64,000 nucleotides of DNA from a virus (IMGVR_UViG_3300029827_000121:9744-73743); one strand, 5' to 3'. Positions 1 to 10,537 are shown, numbered from the stretch's first letter. Notes: generated by a model not told the origin, from the sequence alone. Numbers and translations: made by a program.

Positions 1-588
1 CCTATCAGGTCCCCATTCCACCATTGTGCAAAATTTATTTGTATTTAAATATTTTTCAACATTCATGGGATGCCAGAAAGCATAATCATTATGTTTTTTG
101 CGACCTTTCTTATTTCTTTCTGCAAATCTGCTTTGTACGATAATTACATCCAGTTTTGGAAGAATCACATTTTCAAACATCCGCACTTCTTTATTGCTGA
201 AATGATAAAGTACATATGAAAGATACGCGGCATTTGTCTCATCTTTTAACTCACCGTTTTTAATACGTTTCATAAATTTTTTAATACTCATATTTAAAAA
301 CGTCGGTTCATGTTCTAATTCAGGAATGTGCTTTTTCGTTTCAAGCGCTTGCTGCCAATATCCTTTTTCTTCTTCCACCCCTGTATAACAATTGGCAACT
401 TGAGCGATATGATATGCGGCGAGTCCGGCATTACATCCCACTTCGAGCACGTTTTTTCCTTTGAATACATTCATATATTTCAACAACATAGGAAACCGAA
501 CCTGATATCTGTCAAATTTCTGATAAACAGTTCCATGTTTCGCCCAACTTCCCGACAATTCCCTGTACTGATCTTTTGTCAATAACAT
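1..588 (-). CDS. Class I SAM-dependent methyltransferase (3'-partial, runs off the window; not in ORF track)
   Basis: Manual translation from ATG at 588 (GGAGGT SD upstream): MLLTKDQYREL...KNVLEVGCNAGLAAYHIA..., SAM-binding motif I; open to position 1. Confidence 0.8.
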   Translation of the reverse strand, partial: MLLTKDQYRELSGSWAKHGTVYQKFDRYQVRFPMLLKYMNVFKGKNVLEVGCNAGLAAYHIAQVANCYTGVEEEKGYWQQALETKKHIPELEHEPTFLNMSIKKFMKRIKNGELKDETNAAYLSYVLYHFSNKEVRMFENVILPKLDVIIVQSRFAERNKKGRKKHNDYAFWHPMNVEKYLNTNKFCTMVEWGPDR

Positions 589-1532
589 TTTAACACCTCC
601 ACGAAGTTTCTCATTGCTTGTTCGCGATTACCTATTTTATTAAGGATAAGTTCACGATGAGTTTTATATCGCGTTTTATCCGATGATTTTATCGCTTTTA
701 TCGCCGAATCAACATCAAGAGCCTTATATCGCCATGCGGTTTCACCATCAATACAATGATCGCTGCAACCCGCTAACGGAGCATCCGGATAGACGACCGT
801 ACATCCGCACAATGCAGCTTCCATCGGCGGATTATGCAATCCCTCTTTCGTGCTGGTAACAACCCATGTATCAACGACATTATATATCCGTATCAAGCTG
901 CTGTAATCCGCATTTTTTACAAAAGAATAAAAATTGCTTTTAACGAATCTCTTTATTTTCTTATTCAAATCGATACCATATCCATAATATCGATAAGTAT
1001 CACCAAGCTTTTTAACGATCTCCATCACGAAATCAAAATGTTTTCGCGGTTTATCTGATATTAAAAAACCGATACTGTTTTTTTCATGGATATACAAATT
1101 ATGCCATCGATATGAATCAATACCCTGATAAGCAATACGTGTTTCTATTCCATGGTTCGCGTACCAATCACGCAAATTTTCACTATTTACTATTACTTTT
1201 ACTTTTGATGCCCATTTGAGCACTTTCCTTTTTGACATTTGATGGTTTTCCAAAAGCCTGCACCAATAGAACAATTTCGCTTTTTTCGGTGCATACTTCA
1301 GCATCGGTTTAATATCGCTGACGGTAACGGCGATACATGCATCGGCATCTTCTGAAATCTTATTTACCGGTTTAGGATGTTTAAACCAGCGAAATTTATC
1401 CTTTGTCGCGACAATATGAACTTTATGACCAAGACTCTTCAATGAATTCGCGGATTTTAAAATGGTCGAAGTTCCGCCATTGGAATTTAGTTGTGACCAG
1501 TAAGGATGATTGGCGTAAAAACAGATATTCAT
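579..1532 (-). CDS. GT-B (family 4-like) glycosyltransferase
   Basis: N-terminal GG...L..LGHKV motif and C-terminal STKEGLHNPPMEAALCG (E-x7-E) motif. Confidence 0.85.
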   Translation of the reverse strand: MNICFYANHPYWSQLNSNGGTSTILKSANSLKSLGHKVHIVATKDKFRWFKHPKPVNKISEDADACIAVTVSDIKPMLKYAPKKAKLFYWCRLLENHQMSKRKVLKWASKVKVIVNSENLRDWYANHGIETRIAYQGIDSYRWHNLYIHEKNSIGFLISDKPRKHFDFVMEIVKKLGDTYRYYGYGIDLNKKIKRFVKSNFYSFVKNADYSSLIRIYNVVDTWVVTSTKEGLHNPPMEAALCGCTVVYPDAPLAGCSDHCIDGETAWRYKALDVDSAIKAIKSSDKTRYKTHRELILNKIGNREQAMRNFVEVLKCY

Positions 1533-1695
1533 TGTCCCATCAACTTATCTATATATTGAACTGTTTCTTCTTTATTCAATTTTCTTTCCACTCCATTTTC
1601 AACTAATATGCTTCCATCTTCTGTGATTTGTATTCCATTACCAGTATACACACCACATCCTTTCATCTTACTACAATCATCATTCTTATTCATTT

Positions 1696-2466
1696 TTATA
1701 AAAATTTCTCCAAGGCTTTTACCACCGTTTTAACGGATGGTTGCCAATTATCCTCATCAAGAACTTTGCACGGCGTATCAAACGGATTCCATATATGTTT
1801 ATATCTATCCTTGTTGGTTCCTTTTATTGACTTTTGATATTTATTATCGGTCATAATCACCTGAGGACATCCACATAAACTCGCCAAATGTCCCGGCCCG
1901 CTGGAAGGAGTAAGGAGCACTTTGCTGCTTGCCAAAATATCACATATAATGTTTAATGAAAAATTCCGCATATCTTCCGTATTATCGATATAATGCGCTT
2001 CGGTTCCTATGCAACACACTTTTTTCGGTTTTAAAATTTCCAATAATTTTCGATATCGCGGTTTCGGCCAATTCCAACTTCTCTGCCCGTATTTATCGCA
2101 CGCCCGCGCATGTATAACAAGATCGTAAGCGCATGCCTTTCGTTTAATTCCATATTTTAAATATTCTCTTTTCCATTCAGAACATATAGAGCGCGTCGGT
2201 TGAACGATATGCGTCTTCGGACAATCCCTTATGATAAGTTCTGGCATCTTTACTTTTTTACCATTCAACAACCATCTGTCCGGTAATCCTTTTTTATCGT
2301 GAAAAATATTCTCTTTCGCGAAATCACGATAAAGATACTCATGCTCTACTTTACTTACAATAATAGTTTCATCGAATTTTCGGCTATATTTCCTGATGGC
2401 AGGAATCCATGTCATTATTTCCCATCCGAATTCTCCAAGCCATGGTCCCGCAAGAAGTGTTTTCAA
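1696..2466 (-). CDS. Glycosyltransferase, GT9/heptosyltransferase-like
   Basis: GEFGWE, LVIHAR..RSWNWP, SSGPGHLASLCGCP motifs resemble the GT9 C-terminal signature. Confidence 0.7.
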   Translation of the reverse strand: MKTLLAGPWLGEFGWEIMTWIPAIRKYSRKFDETIIVSKVEHEYLYRDFAKENIFHDKKGLPDRWLLNGKKVKMPELIIRDCPKTHIVQPTRSICSEWKREYLKYGIKRKACAYDLVIHARACDKYGQRSWNWPKPRYRKLLEILKPKKVCCIGTEAHYIDNTEDMRNFSLNIICDILASSKVLLTPSSGPGHLASLCGCPQVIMTDNKYQKSIKGTNKDRYKHIWNPFDTPCKVLDEDNWQPSVKTVVKALEKFL

Positions 2467-2771
2467 AAGAAATACTCCTCCGTCGAATTTTTACGATGTG
2501 ACTTACCTATCACTTTAAAAAAGAATTCCGGTACTTTGCCGCGTTTTTTCATATTGGCTATTCGATTACGTTCTCCCCAATTCGGCGGTCCTATGGTGAC
2601 CAGCATTTCTCCATAAAATTTTTTATCCCTATCCAATCGTTTCGTTGCTTTTACGCGAAATTCTCCACCTTCATCCATCACCGTTACATACTGAATACCG
2701 TCGGTAAGGAGACATTTTTCCACCGCCAATTTCGCCATTTCAGCGCTTTTTTTTAAAAATTCCTCATCCAT
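2463..2771 (-). CDS. Hypothetical protein
   Basis: Tightly packed in the minus-strand operon, overlapping the next gene. Confidence 0.55.
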   Translation of the reverse strand: MDEEFLKKSAEMAKLAVEKCLLTDGIQYVTVMDEGGEFRVKATKRLDRDKKFYGEMLVTIGPPNWGERNRIANMKKRGKVPEFFFKVIGKSHRKNSTEEYFF

Positions 2772-2772
2772 T

Positions 2773-3480
2773 TCAACTCTTTCTCAAAAGCTTTTCGCAT
2801 TTCCTTTGCAACCGTTTTTTTCTTCGCGTTACATGATCGTTCCAGTAATAAATCACTTTATGAATATGCCTCACCTTTTTTAATCCCGTAATGCCGATAC
2901 AACCAAATATCAAAGCCAAATCACTCGCCGCTTCGAGCCATTTTCCACCATGTTGAAACCATTGCGGTTTTGCCTGTTTGATAATTTTCCATTTGATTGT
3001 TTTCAAATGCGATCCACGCCACGGCAATTTCCTGATATCGCCGTTTCGCGGATACGGTTTGCTGATTTTCGTTCTTCTCCCTTTTGAAATCTTTTTATAA
3101 CTTCCATGAGTAATCATGGTATCAGGATATTTACGATAAACACGTTCAACGGTTGCAAGCGCTTCCTTGCTGATATAATCGTCGGCGTCAACTACCACCG
3201 CCACATCGTCATTATCAGGTTTAAAAACATGTTTCGTGAGACCTATAATCGAATACATATTTCTGCAAAGTCCGAAATTGTTCAAATTCGTTGACAAAAC
3301 AAATCTATTATCATCTTTTATCGCTGCATTCGTTACGATTACTGAATTATCCATCGGCGCATCCAGCGATATGATCGCTTTCCATCGCGAATATGTCTGT
3401 CTTCGTATCGATCTTATGCATTTTTCAACTGTTTTTTCGCAGTTTCTTCCTCTGATAAGGAAGATAAATGTAATCTCCAT
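2773..3480 (-). CDS. GT-A family 2 glycosyltransferase
   Basis: RNCEKTVEKCIRSIRRQTY and VVVDADD (DxD) motifs. Confidence 0.85.
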   Translation of the reverse strand: MEITFIFLIRGRNCEKTVEKCIRSIRRQTYSRWKAIISLDAPMDNSVIVTNAAIKDDNRFVLSTNLNNFGLCRNMYSIIGLTKHVFKPDNDDVAVVVDADDYISKEALATVERVYRKYPDTMITHGSYKKISKGRRTKISKPYPRNGDIRKLPWRGSHLKTIKWKIIKQAKPQWFQHGGKWLEAASDLALIFGCIGITGLKKVRHIHKVIYYWNDHVTRRKKRLQRKCEKLLRKS

Positions 3481-4358
3481 TTTGTATACTTTCGAACACG
3501 TCTCAATATCTCTCTTATTTTGGCATTTTCACCCGCTTTTCTTCGTATTTGAAGCCATAACGAATCTTTTTCGAGTTTGGCGAGTAATTTCAGATTTTCA
3601 ACCGCTACCCGTCCGGCGAGTCTTTTTTTGCCGTGTTTTTTCTTTATAAAATCACCCAGATGTATATCCCTGTAAATTTTCGGCGCATGTTTTTTGTAAA
3701 CGTTTTTATTTTTTCTCGTCGGAGCGGGCAATCCCGCCTTTTTAACAATTCTATAAAGCATCACTTCGTCATATTCTCTGTACGACGCGGGAATATGACT
3801 GTCGATACCGTCCGCAAGATTGTGTTTAATAAAAGAACGATACTTTTTCTGAATTTCCCGCGTTTTTTCAAACCATTCCGGATTCTTAAAAACGAAAGAA
3901 CCGCCAGCGATTCTCGTAAAATCACCTTTCCATCCAATCCTATTTATATTGTAACGCCTTGGATGCCGGTAAGGACCGCGCACCCCGAAATACGGAAGAT
4001 TACCCATGGCCGTTTTAAAGAATTTCAGATGAGAAATCTTGTGCGGGAATATAAGAAAATCGATATCCTTTATAAAAACATAGTCATATCCCTTATATTC
4101 CTTTTCGTTTACAAGAAATCGCAGACAATTCGTTATAAACGGCCTGTTCGGGTACGATTTGAAACAATCTTCCTTAACTTCCCATCCGTCATACGGAATC
4201 ATTTTCAAAGCTTCACGGGTATTATCCTTCAATTCTCCTTTAACAAATACTTTAACACCGGCATCCGGATACGCTTTCTTCGTCGTATAGACGAATAAAG
4301 GTATAAAGAACTGATATGAATCATTCGTGCAAACGGATGAGAAGCAGAATTTACTCAT
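3414..4358 (-). CDS. Putative GT-A fold nucleotide-sugar transferase (GT8-like)
   Basis: YDYVFIKDIDFLI DxD motif; operon context. Confidence 0.55.
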   Translation of the reverse strand: MSKFCFSSVCTNDSYQFFIPLFVYTTKKAYPDAGVKVFVKGELKDNTREALKMIPYDGWEVKEDCFKSYPNRPFITNCLRFLVNEKEYKGYDYVFIKDIDFLIFPHKISHLKFFKTAMGNLPYFGVRGPYRHPRRYNINRIGWKGDFTRIAGGSFVFKNPEWFEKTREIQKKYRSFIKHNLADGIDSHIPASYREYDEVMLYRIVKKAGLPAPTRKNKNVYKKHAPKIYRDIHLGDFIKKKHGKKRLAGRVAVENLKLLAKLEKDSLWLQIRRKAGENAKIREILRRVRKYTKWRLHLSSLSEEETAKKQLKNA

Positions 4359-4489
4359 TTTTTCTTTCCATGCACGCCTTTGATAGTTCCCTTGTTCGCC
4401 GATGCATAGAATACGTTCTCCCCTTTTTTGGAACCGTATTCCTGTTTCATGTTCGTCATTATTTTCTTACCCTTTTTTGTCAACGGCAT
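4355..4489 (-). CDS. Small basic phage protein (MPLTKKGKKIM...)
   Basis: ATG at 4489 with AAGGAG SD; 44 aa, Lys-rich. Confidence 0.65.
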   Translation of the reverse strand: MPLTKKGKKIMTNMKQEYGSKKGENVFYASANKGTIKGVHGKKK

Positions 4490-4490
4490 A

Positions 4491-4685
4491 TTATCTCCTT
4501 TTCGTATTTTTCCACATTGCGGCGGCGGCAACGTTTTCTCCCGCTTCCTTGCTGCCATATGTTTTCGCGGCTTTTGCGGCTACCTTTCCGAAATTCTTTC
4601 CCGGCTTACCGATATCTTTTCCGGCACTCGCCTTTTTAGCGATTCCGCTTTTCTGTTTCTCACTCAATCCGCTTGACGGTTTCAT
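4491..4685 (-). CDS. Small basic Lys/Ala-rich phage protein
   Basis: 64 aa, AAGGAG SD; shares YGSKxxGENV-like motif with the neighbour. Confidence 0.65.
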   Translation of the reverse strand: MKPSSGLSEKQKSGIAKKASAGKDIGKPGKNFGKVAAKAAKTYGSKEAGENVAAAAMWKNTKRR

Positions 4686-5103
4686 CCTGATGCTCCTTTC
4701 TCCACACGAGTAATTTATTTCCTTTTATAACTTCTTGTTTGAAACCCCATTTCAAACACAATTCCCTTCCGCCTTCAGTAGATATACCTGTTACAATAAT
4801 ATTGAAAAATCCCGAACCGGTAATAAATCCCATAATCTGATCGCCGATTCCCTCGCCGCGATCATCCGGATCGTATACAATAATATCAGTCAATATAACC
4901 GTTTCATTTATCACCGGTGCGGTACCGTTATTTCTTTTAAAATGCACGTTTTTCGTCAGTATCGCTCTGCCGAGAATCTTGTTATCCTTACCCATTATCG
5001 GTATGTTTACCAAAAAATCAACCGGCACACATTCATACTCAACAAACAAACCTTTCCCTTCAATCGCATATCTGGTTTTGATTATATTCATCTCGTACAC
5101 CAT
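4660..5103 (-). CDS. GNAT-fold acetyltransferase
   Basis: DIIVYDPDDRGEGIGDQIM (R/QxxGxG acetyl-CoA motif) and downstream WGF. Confidence 0.65.
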   Translation of the reverse strand: MVYEMNIIKTRYAIEGKGLFVEYECVPVDFLVNIPIMGKDNKILGRAILTKNVHFKRNNGTAPVINETVILTDIIVYDPDDRGEGIGDQIMGFITGSGFFNIIVTGISTEGGRELCLKWGFKQEVIKGNKLLVWRKEHQDETVKRIE

Positions 5104-7142
5104 GCGGTCATACTGTGATTTTCTTCCTTCTTTATTCTTAACACCGGGGAATAATCCCTTAATTTTTTCATTTCTATTTTCTCTTTCTTTCTCCGTCTCA
5201 CTTCGCTTAATATAAGTAACAAGGCTTTGACGAATCCGTTATTATCGACATCCGGACCTTCCTTCTTCACCGACCAGAGAGCTATCGCGGTTCGCATATC
5301 CTTCAAATCGTTATGAATGATGATATTGTTTTCTCCGTACATTTTAATACCGAGCGCAATGGCTCCGAATTCATCGTATTTTTCAGCGAAAGCAATGTAC
5401 AATCCCGACCGCAGAAGAATTTCTCCCAATGGTTGCCGGTCCTCATTGTTATTGAACATTTCATTATTTCCGATAACACGTATTTCCCGGTCATCGTCAT
5501 AGCACCCTTTATGCGTACTTCTATTCACGATTCTCGCGATAACATCCGGATCGGGATGCTCCTGTTTGAATTCTGCATAAATCCACAATTTGTCAATGAA
5601 TTGCTGGTATATCGCCGCGATTCCATTAATGGAAAGATCCTTGTTAAGCACCAGGGCGGCATAGTGAAGAACATCCACCATGAAAATGCCGTCAAAAGAA
5701 GGATCGGTCAGATGATCGTAATTCCAATCTATGGTAAAATTATTCGACACACTCCGATTATCCGGACGTTCAAATATCTTTTTACTACCCTTATAAAAAC
5801 AGATTATAACCGCATCGGCCCTGTCCGGACTTCTTCCCACTCTTTTTTTATGTTCCGCTTTCGGTTCGATTTTCATTTTATTATTGGAAGCGGGACGCCA
5901 CTCTCTCGTTGACATTTCCTCTATAAGATCTTCATCATCGCACAATTCTATCGATCCTATAATTTCCGCCATATAGAACCACATCTCGGAACCGGAATCC
6001 GGATACCGATCATCATCGATTTTCGTATTCGATAGACACGGCACCACTTCAATATTATCAGTTTCATTCAACGCCAGTTCATCGCCGATGGGACCGCCCA
6101 AACCATGATCATCAATTTTAATTCTTACCTTACTTTTGATTCCGGTTTTAATCCGATATTCACGCAACATTTTCAAGGCATGGCCGATGGTCTCCGGTCC
6201 TTTTGTTTTCGGGAATACGCGCACTTCCAACAACTTCATTCCCTGCCGCATCGCGATCGCGGTAAGGTCGTTTCCTTCCCTTGCCGGATCGATTCCCATT
6301 TCCAAATAATCACCCGCCGGAACATCCCGGTCCTTCGCGGCATGACAATCGGAAAGAGATATAATTGCCATGGGATTCCCAAGTGGAGGCATCCCCAGAA
6401 CATACACCCGGTACATATCCGATTCTCTCGGAAACCGCTGCATGCGTTTGAACCATATATTGTTTTTCCGTTCGGAATGTTCGGTGCTTAACCGGATACG
6501 ATACCAATCATTTTTATCCTTATAATGAGAATCATAGAAGGGACCGGATGCCAAGGTGGGGTTTCCGGCCATAACGATTTTATTATCCGGATCGTTCATT
6601 CCCGCCAAGATCGCATCGATAATAACTTTTTCGACATTTGAAGCTTCATCAACCAGCCACAAAACGTGAGTGGCATGAACGCCGGAAATATTCTCCTTGT
6701 CCTTGGTAGTCATTATCTGTCCGAAGGCATGCATGGTGGGATCGACATGATAAATTTTCTCACCGGTAAGTCGTATCTCATCGGTAAGATTCGAACCGTC
6801 AAGCCACTTCCTTATCTCCGCCCAAAGCGTTGCCTTCAGGTTTTCGTATTTGGGACCGGTGGCGATTACGCGGGATTCATTCCTTGTCCATATCCACCAA
6901 AGAGCCAGAAAGGCGAGAGAGCTGGTTTTCGTACATCCTCTTCCTGAAAATATTGACACGTAATCATGCGTGGCCACCGCTTTCAGAATCAATTTTGTCT
7001 GCGGTTCAAGCCGTCTTCCGATCTTGTTGGCCGCGACTTCCTCCGGAGTAAGACGTAATACCTGTTGTTCAGTGAAGGCTATGGGGCGGGGATAATAATA
7101 TTCGTACTTATTGGCGGACATCGGAGGTCTTTTACGCGGCAT
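5088..7142 (-). CDS. terL: Terminase large subunit with C-terminal extension
   Basis: Walker A SGRGCTKTS, Walker B LVDEAS, coupling motif AGNP, nuclease motifs GIDPAREGND and SPDRADA. Confidence 0.95.
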   Translation of the reverse strand: MPRKRPPMSANKYEYYYPRPIAFTEQQVLRLTPEEVAANKIGRRLEPQTKLILKAVATHDYVSIFSGRGCTKTSSLAFLALWWIWTRNESRVIATGPKYENLKATLWAEIRKWLDGSNLTDEIRLTGEKIYHVDPTMHAFGQIMTTKDKENISGVHATHVLWLVDEASNVEKVIIDAILAGMNDPDNKIVMAGNPTLASGPFYDSHYKDKNDWYRIRLSTEHSERKNNIWFKRMQRFPRESDMYRVYVLGMPPLGNPMAIISLSDCHAAKDRDVPAGDYLEMGIDPAREGNDLTAIAMRQGMKLLEVRVFPKTKGPETIGHALKMLREYRIKTGIKSKVRIKIDDHGLGGPIGDELALNETDNIEVVPCLSNTKIDDDRYPDSGSEMWFYMAEIIGSIELCDDEDLIEEMSTREWRPASNNKMKIEPKAEHKKRVGRSPDRADAVIICFYKGSKKIFERPDNRSVSNNFTIDWNYDHLTDPSFDGIFMVDVLHYAALVLNKDLSINGIAAIYQQFIDKLWIYAEFKQEHPDPDVIARIVNRSTHKGCYDDDREIRVIGNNEMFNNNEDRQPLGEILLRSGLYIAFAEKYDEFGAIALGIKMYGENNIIIHNDLKDMRTAIALWSVKKEGPDVDNNGFVKALLLILSEVRRRKKEKIEMKKLRDYSPVLRIKKEENHSMTAWCTR

Positions 7143-7668
7143 TCAAAACCTCCAGATTCAAATCATTCAACAATAAATTCTCTTTTGAAAATTCTCTTAT
7201 TTTTTTATTATACGCTTCCGCCGCATCCATTTCGGAAGCGAAATACCCTATCGGCAAATCAAGAAGATGCGCTTTCCATAAACCGTAATACCCATCCCAC
7301 TTTACCCCGGTAAACCGCGACACTCCATTGGAAGCCCACCATTTGACCGGTTCTCCCCGTGGATTGATCACCGATAAATTCGCACGTTGCAAATTAAGCG
7401 GATTATGGTCCCGGAACTTAAGCAGATAATTTTTTGATATTCCCGCGACAACTTTATGCAGATAAATGAACTGTTGTTTATGCAACAACGGATTGATCCC
7501 GAAACGACGGGCATACCTGAAACCTTTTCTCCCATGATTAGCAATACTCCACTTCCAATGATGCAACCAATCGTAAATATCATCGTCAGTAAGACAGTAG
7601 ATATTTCGTGATAAACAAAAAGCTTTCATTGAATCGCCGAAAGTCGCCGACAGATATAATCGTAACAA
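7132..7668 (-). CDS. HNH-AP2 homing-endonuclease-like protein (start possibly 7629)
   Basis: IYLHKVV..DHNPLNLQRANL followed by AP2-like SRFTGVKW...IGYFASEMDAAEAYN. Confidence 0.8.
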   Translation of the reverse strand: MLRLYLSATFGDSMKAFCLSRNIYCLTDDDIYDWLHHWKWSIANHGRKGFRYARRFGINPLLHKQQFIYLHKVVAGISKNYLLKFRDHNPLNLQRANLSVINPRGEPVKWWASNGVSRFTGVKWDGYYGLWKAHLLDLPIGYFASEMDAAEAYNKKIREFSKENLLLNDLNLEVLNAA

Positions 7669-8289
7669 AGTTCAGTTATATTCAAACTATTCGGTTCAGA
7701 ACGGTGAAGCCACATTTCTCGTTGAACATGCGCTTTTACTTCCTCTAATGATGGCAAGCTACGTTTATTGGCGGCATTCGTCGCAGCCTCCCAAATTTTA
7801 GAAGCCAATTCAAGGCTTATTCCAGACTCTTCCCCACCATAAAACGCAAACCACTCTCGAACATTATTCGGCGCAATCATAAAAGCTCCTATTTATCTTT
7901 ACCAAATACCGCGTACAAAATTATCAATGTACTCCTCACATGACTCCTGAAACTCCCTGATAAGCTCCACCGCCTCATTAATGCGATCGGCATCCTCCTT
8001 CGATTCGCAAATCTCCTGCGGCTTAATATTTCCACTATACGCAAGGTCATACCAGAAATCATTCGTCGATACCTGACAATTAGACCTGATATTCATGAAA
8101 ATTCCTCACTCCTTTTTATCAGAATCAGTCGATGCAACAACTTGAGATAAATCCTTATTAGGATCAACTTCATCTAATCCGCATTCTTTAATTATTTTAA
8201 AAATCGATATAATCAATCCAGCAATTATTTCAGCAGTATTACCTTTTCTTGTAATATGAACAACATCTCTCTCTTCCTTCATATGAAAC

Positions 8290-8568
8290 TCAAACATCCA
8301 ACCTCCTCCCATTCACCATTAAATTTCCCCTACAACAATTCAACGTATTCCCATCAACAAACTCCACCCGATCCCCCCTCTGCGCTCCCGCTATAAACCG
8401 ATGCAAATAAACCTTCCGCACTACCCGCCCTTCACGCTTCCCATACATCACATAATAACCCTCATTGTATTTACCCTTGTTTAAACACCACCTCCTGTCC
8501 TTCACCCGCCACCAATCAGACTCATCCACCAATACCACCCGATTACCCACTATCAAAACCTTCGACAT
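8290..8568 (-). CDS. Short HNH-like protein (no AP2 domain, degenerate)
   Basis: VYLHRFIAG...VEFVDGNTLNCCRGNL. Confidence 0.7.
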   Translation of the reverse strand: MSKVLIVGNRVVLVDESDWWRVKDRRWCLNKGKYNEGYYVMYGKREGRVVRKVYLHRFIAGAQRGDRVEFVDGNTLNCCRGNLMVNGRRLDV

Positions 8569-8874
8569 TAAACCATCACCATCCTATCCCACGAATATGT
8601 TGTGTGGAAATAAAGAGGCGTTCCATAGTGTCAGGCGCGATGAATAAAGCTTCGCTTGATTACAGACCATTCGAAATAACACGGGACGGTCACTTCCCGG
8701 AACTTTTTTCGCGCCATCAAACATAAAACGCCTCCATATTTCTACACAACATACCTCGAATACTTATAAAAAGGGTGCTGATGCAACCTGCCCGATACGG
8801 ATAACCTCTCGGCTACGTTTTGTCCACAACTCCGCCGTCGCTCGGTCGCATGATGTGGCTTTCATTTCAGCACC

Positions 8875-9090
8875 CTATACATGCTTCCTCCAATTATTGT
8901 ACATGCGAATCGCCGCCGATACCAAAGCCGTCCCAAGCGTTACAAGCACAACCGCCGTTTTTTCGTCTATCTCTATCCCAAGATGTTGAGCAACGAAAAC
9001 TATGGCAGCTACCACCAACCCGGAAACCGTAACTCCGGTTGCCTCATTAAGACCCTTCCTCGTCGTAATCGCCAAATCCGCCATAATCAC
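8875..9090 (-). CDS. Small two-TM membrane protein, holin-like
   Basis: Two hydrophobic segments and a basic C-terminus (RMYNNWRKHV); AAGGAG SD. Confidence 0.55.
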   Translation of the reverse strand: MIMADLAITTRKGLNEATGVTVSGLVVAAIVFVAQHLGIEIDEKTAVVLVTLGTALVSAAIRMYNNWRKHV

Positions 9091-9349
9091 TCCTTTTGCT
9101 AAAACATATCATTTACATGCGGAAATCTTATTCCTCTATGTAAACCTTGTTTCCATAGATGGTAATGAAAAATTGACGCGCTGGGGGGAGAGGATATATA
9201 TATAAAACAAAAGAGTCAAGCGCGTGAGCGGGAACATCCCCCCCCCTATCCTTTCCATTTAGGGCATTTAAGCGTTAAAGGAAATCATAGTTTACATTAG
9301 GCATTAGTTTACACTTTTATCATTATGCGACATCCAATAATGGCGTTTC

Positions 9350-10098
9350 TGATCAAATTTAGCCATTTTAATGCTTATCGATGTCAATAGTTGTGTTATT
9401 CTACCAATTACTAGCTAGTTGAATCGTTCTCTATTTGGTTGATAGGGGGAAGGGTAACTTCCTCGAAATCAGCCATTTGCGCGTTTTGAAACGTAGTATA
9501 CGCTTCCTCTCGTGCTTTAGCTGGTGCAATGGTTATATTTTGCTCAATGTCCACTTTGTCGCCGAAATCTTGCCGATTATACCTTGACATAAACCATTGA
9601 CGGTGACCCCAAACACGGTCGAAACGGCGTATGCGGTTACTTGTACGTTTGTAATTATCGTCATTTTCGACCTGATTATTGAGTATTTGAACTTCACCTT
9701 CAAATTCATCCGCGACTGCGTGCGTACGATGTCGTACGGCAGTTCGCCACGTGTTCAACAGTTGAACAGACACCGATCTCCACAGATACACCGTCGTTTT
9801 GGCTAGTCCGTGGCGTTTAACGATATTGTCGATGGTGTCGGTAGTAGTGGCTATTTCGAGGATAATGCTTTGCATTTTTCGGGCGTCATAGTGCTGTAAA
9901 CCGAAGGGCGTTTTCACTGAAGCAGGGACCAGCAATTCTTTTTCCTCAGATGATAGGTGGGATACGTTCGGTTTTTCCTCCCCTTTTATCACCTGCAAAG
10001 CATTTTTATCACTTGTCATGATGCTCCTTTTTTATCTATTTAATAAATTAAATTATGAGCATGCATAATTTAACTCGTTAAATGGCTAAATTTGATCA
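9350..10098. repeat. 19-bp perfect inverted repeat pair flanking terS (9350-9368 / 10080-10098)
   Basis: TGATCAAATTTAGCCATTT and its reverse complement AAATGGCTAAATTTGATCA. Confidence 0.9.
9411..10019 (-). CDS. terS: Terminase small subunit
   Basis: HTH (GLAKTTVYLW) followed by helical region and RQWFMSRYNRQDFGDKVDIEQ motif typical of TerS; upstream of terL. Confidence 0.85.
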   Translation of the reverse strand: MTSDKNALQVIKGEEKPNVSHLSSEEKELLVPASVKTPFGLQHYDARKMQSIILEIATTTDTIDNIVKRHGLAKTTVYLWRSVSVQLLNTWRTAVRHRTHAVADEFEGEVQILNNQVENDDNYKRTSNRIRRFDRVWGHRQWFMSRYNRQDFGDKVDIEQNITIAPAKAREEAYTTFQNAQMADFEEVTLPPINQIENDSTS

Positions 10099-10250
10099 AT
10101 TTGACCATAATTAACTAAAAGTTAAATTATACACGTGTATAATTTAACACGTTAAATTATGAGCATGCATAATTTAACACGTGTTAAATAGCGAAATTCG
10201 TTCAAAAACGCTATTTAACGAATATTAAATTATGAGCGTGTATAATTTAA
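10048..10250. repeat. Four 26-bp palindromic repeats TTAAATTAT-N8-ATAATTTAA
   Basis: Copies at 10048, 10122 (perfect 28-bp palindrome 10121-10148), 10152 and 10225. Confidence 0.9.
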
Positions 10251-10537
10251 ACGATTAATAGGGTATAGGGTTTTTGCACGCGCCCTACGGCGCGTGTTTT
10301 GTTCTCACTTTAAAATGCAATAAAATGCGAAAACAATGAAACCACTATGGTGAAACTAGCTAGCTAGGGTGAAATTGGTCGATATTATTGCCGTGGGGCG
10401 ATTGTGGATAGGCTGTACAGCCTATAGTATTATATCCCCTTCCGTAGGTTTCCCCTATTGGTTAATCCTGATTACTAGAGATTGTCACTAATAGGGTAAT
10501 GGTGTATGGTAAAATTAACCAATAACCGGGAGGTATA

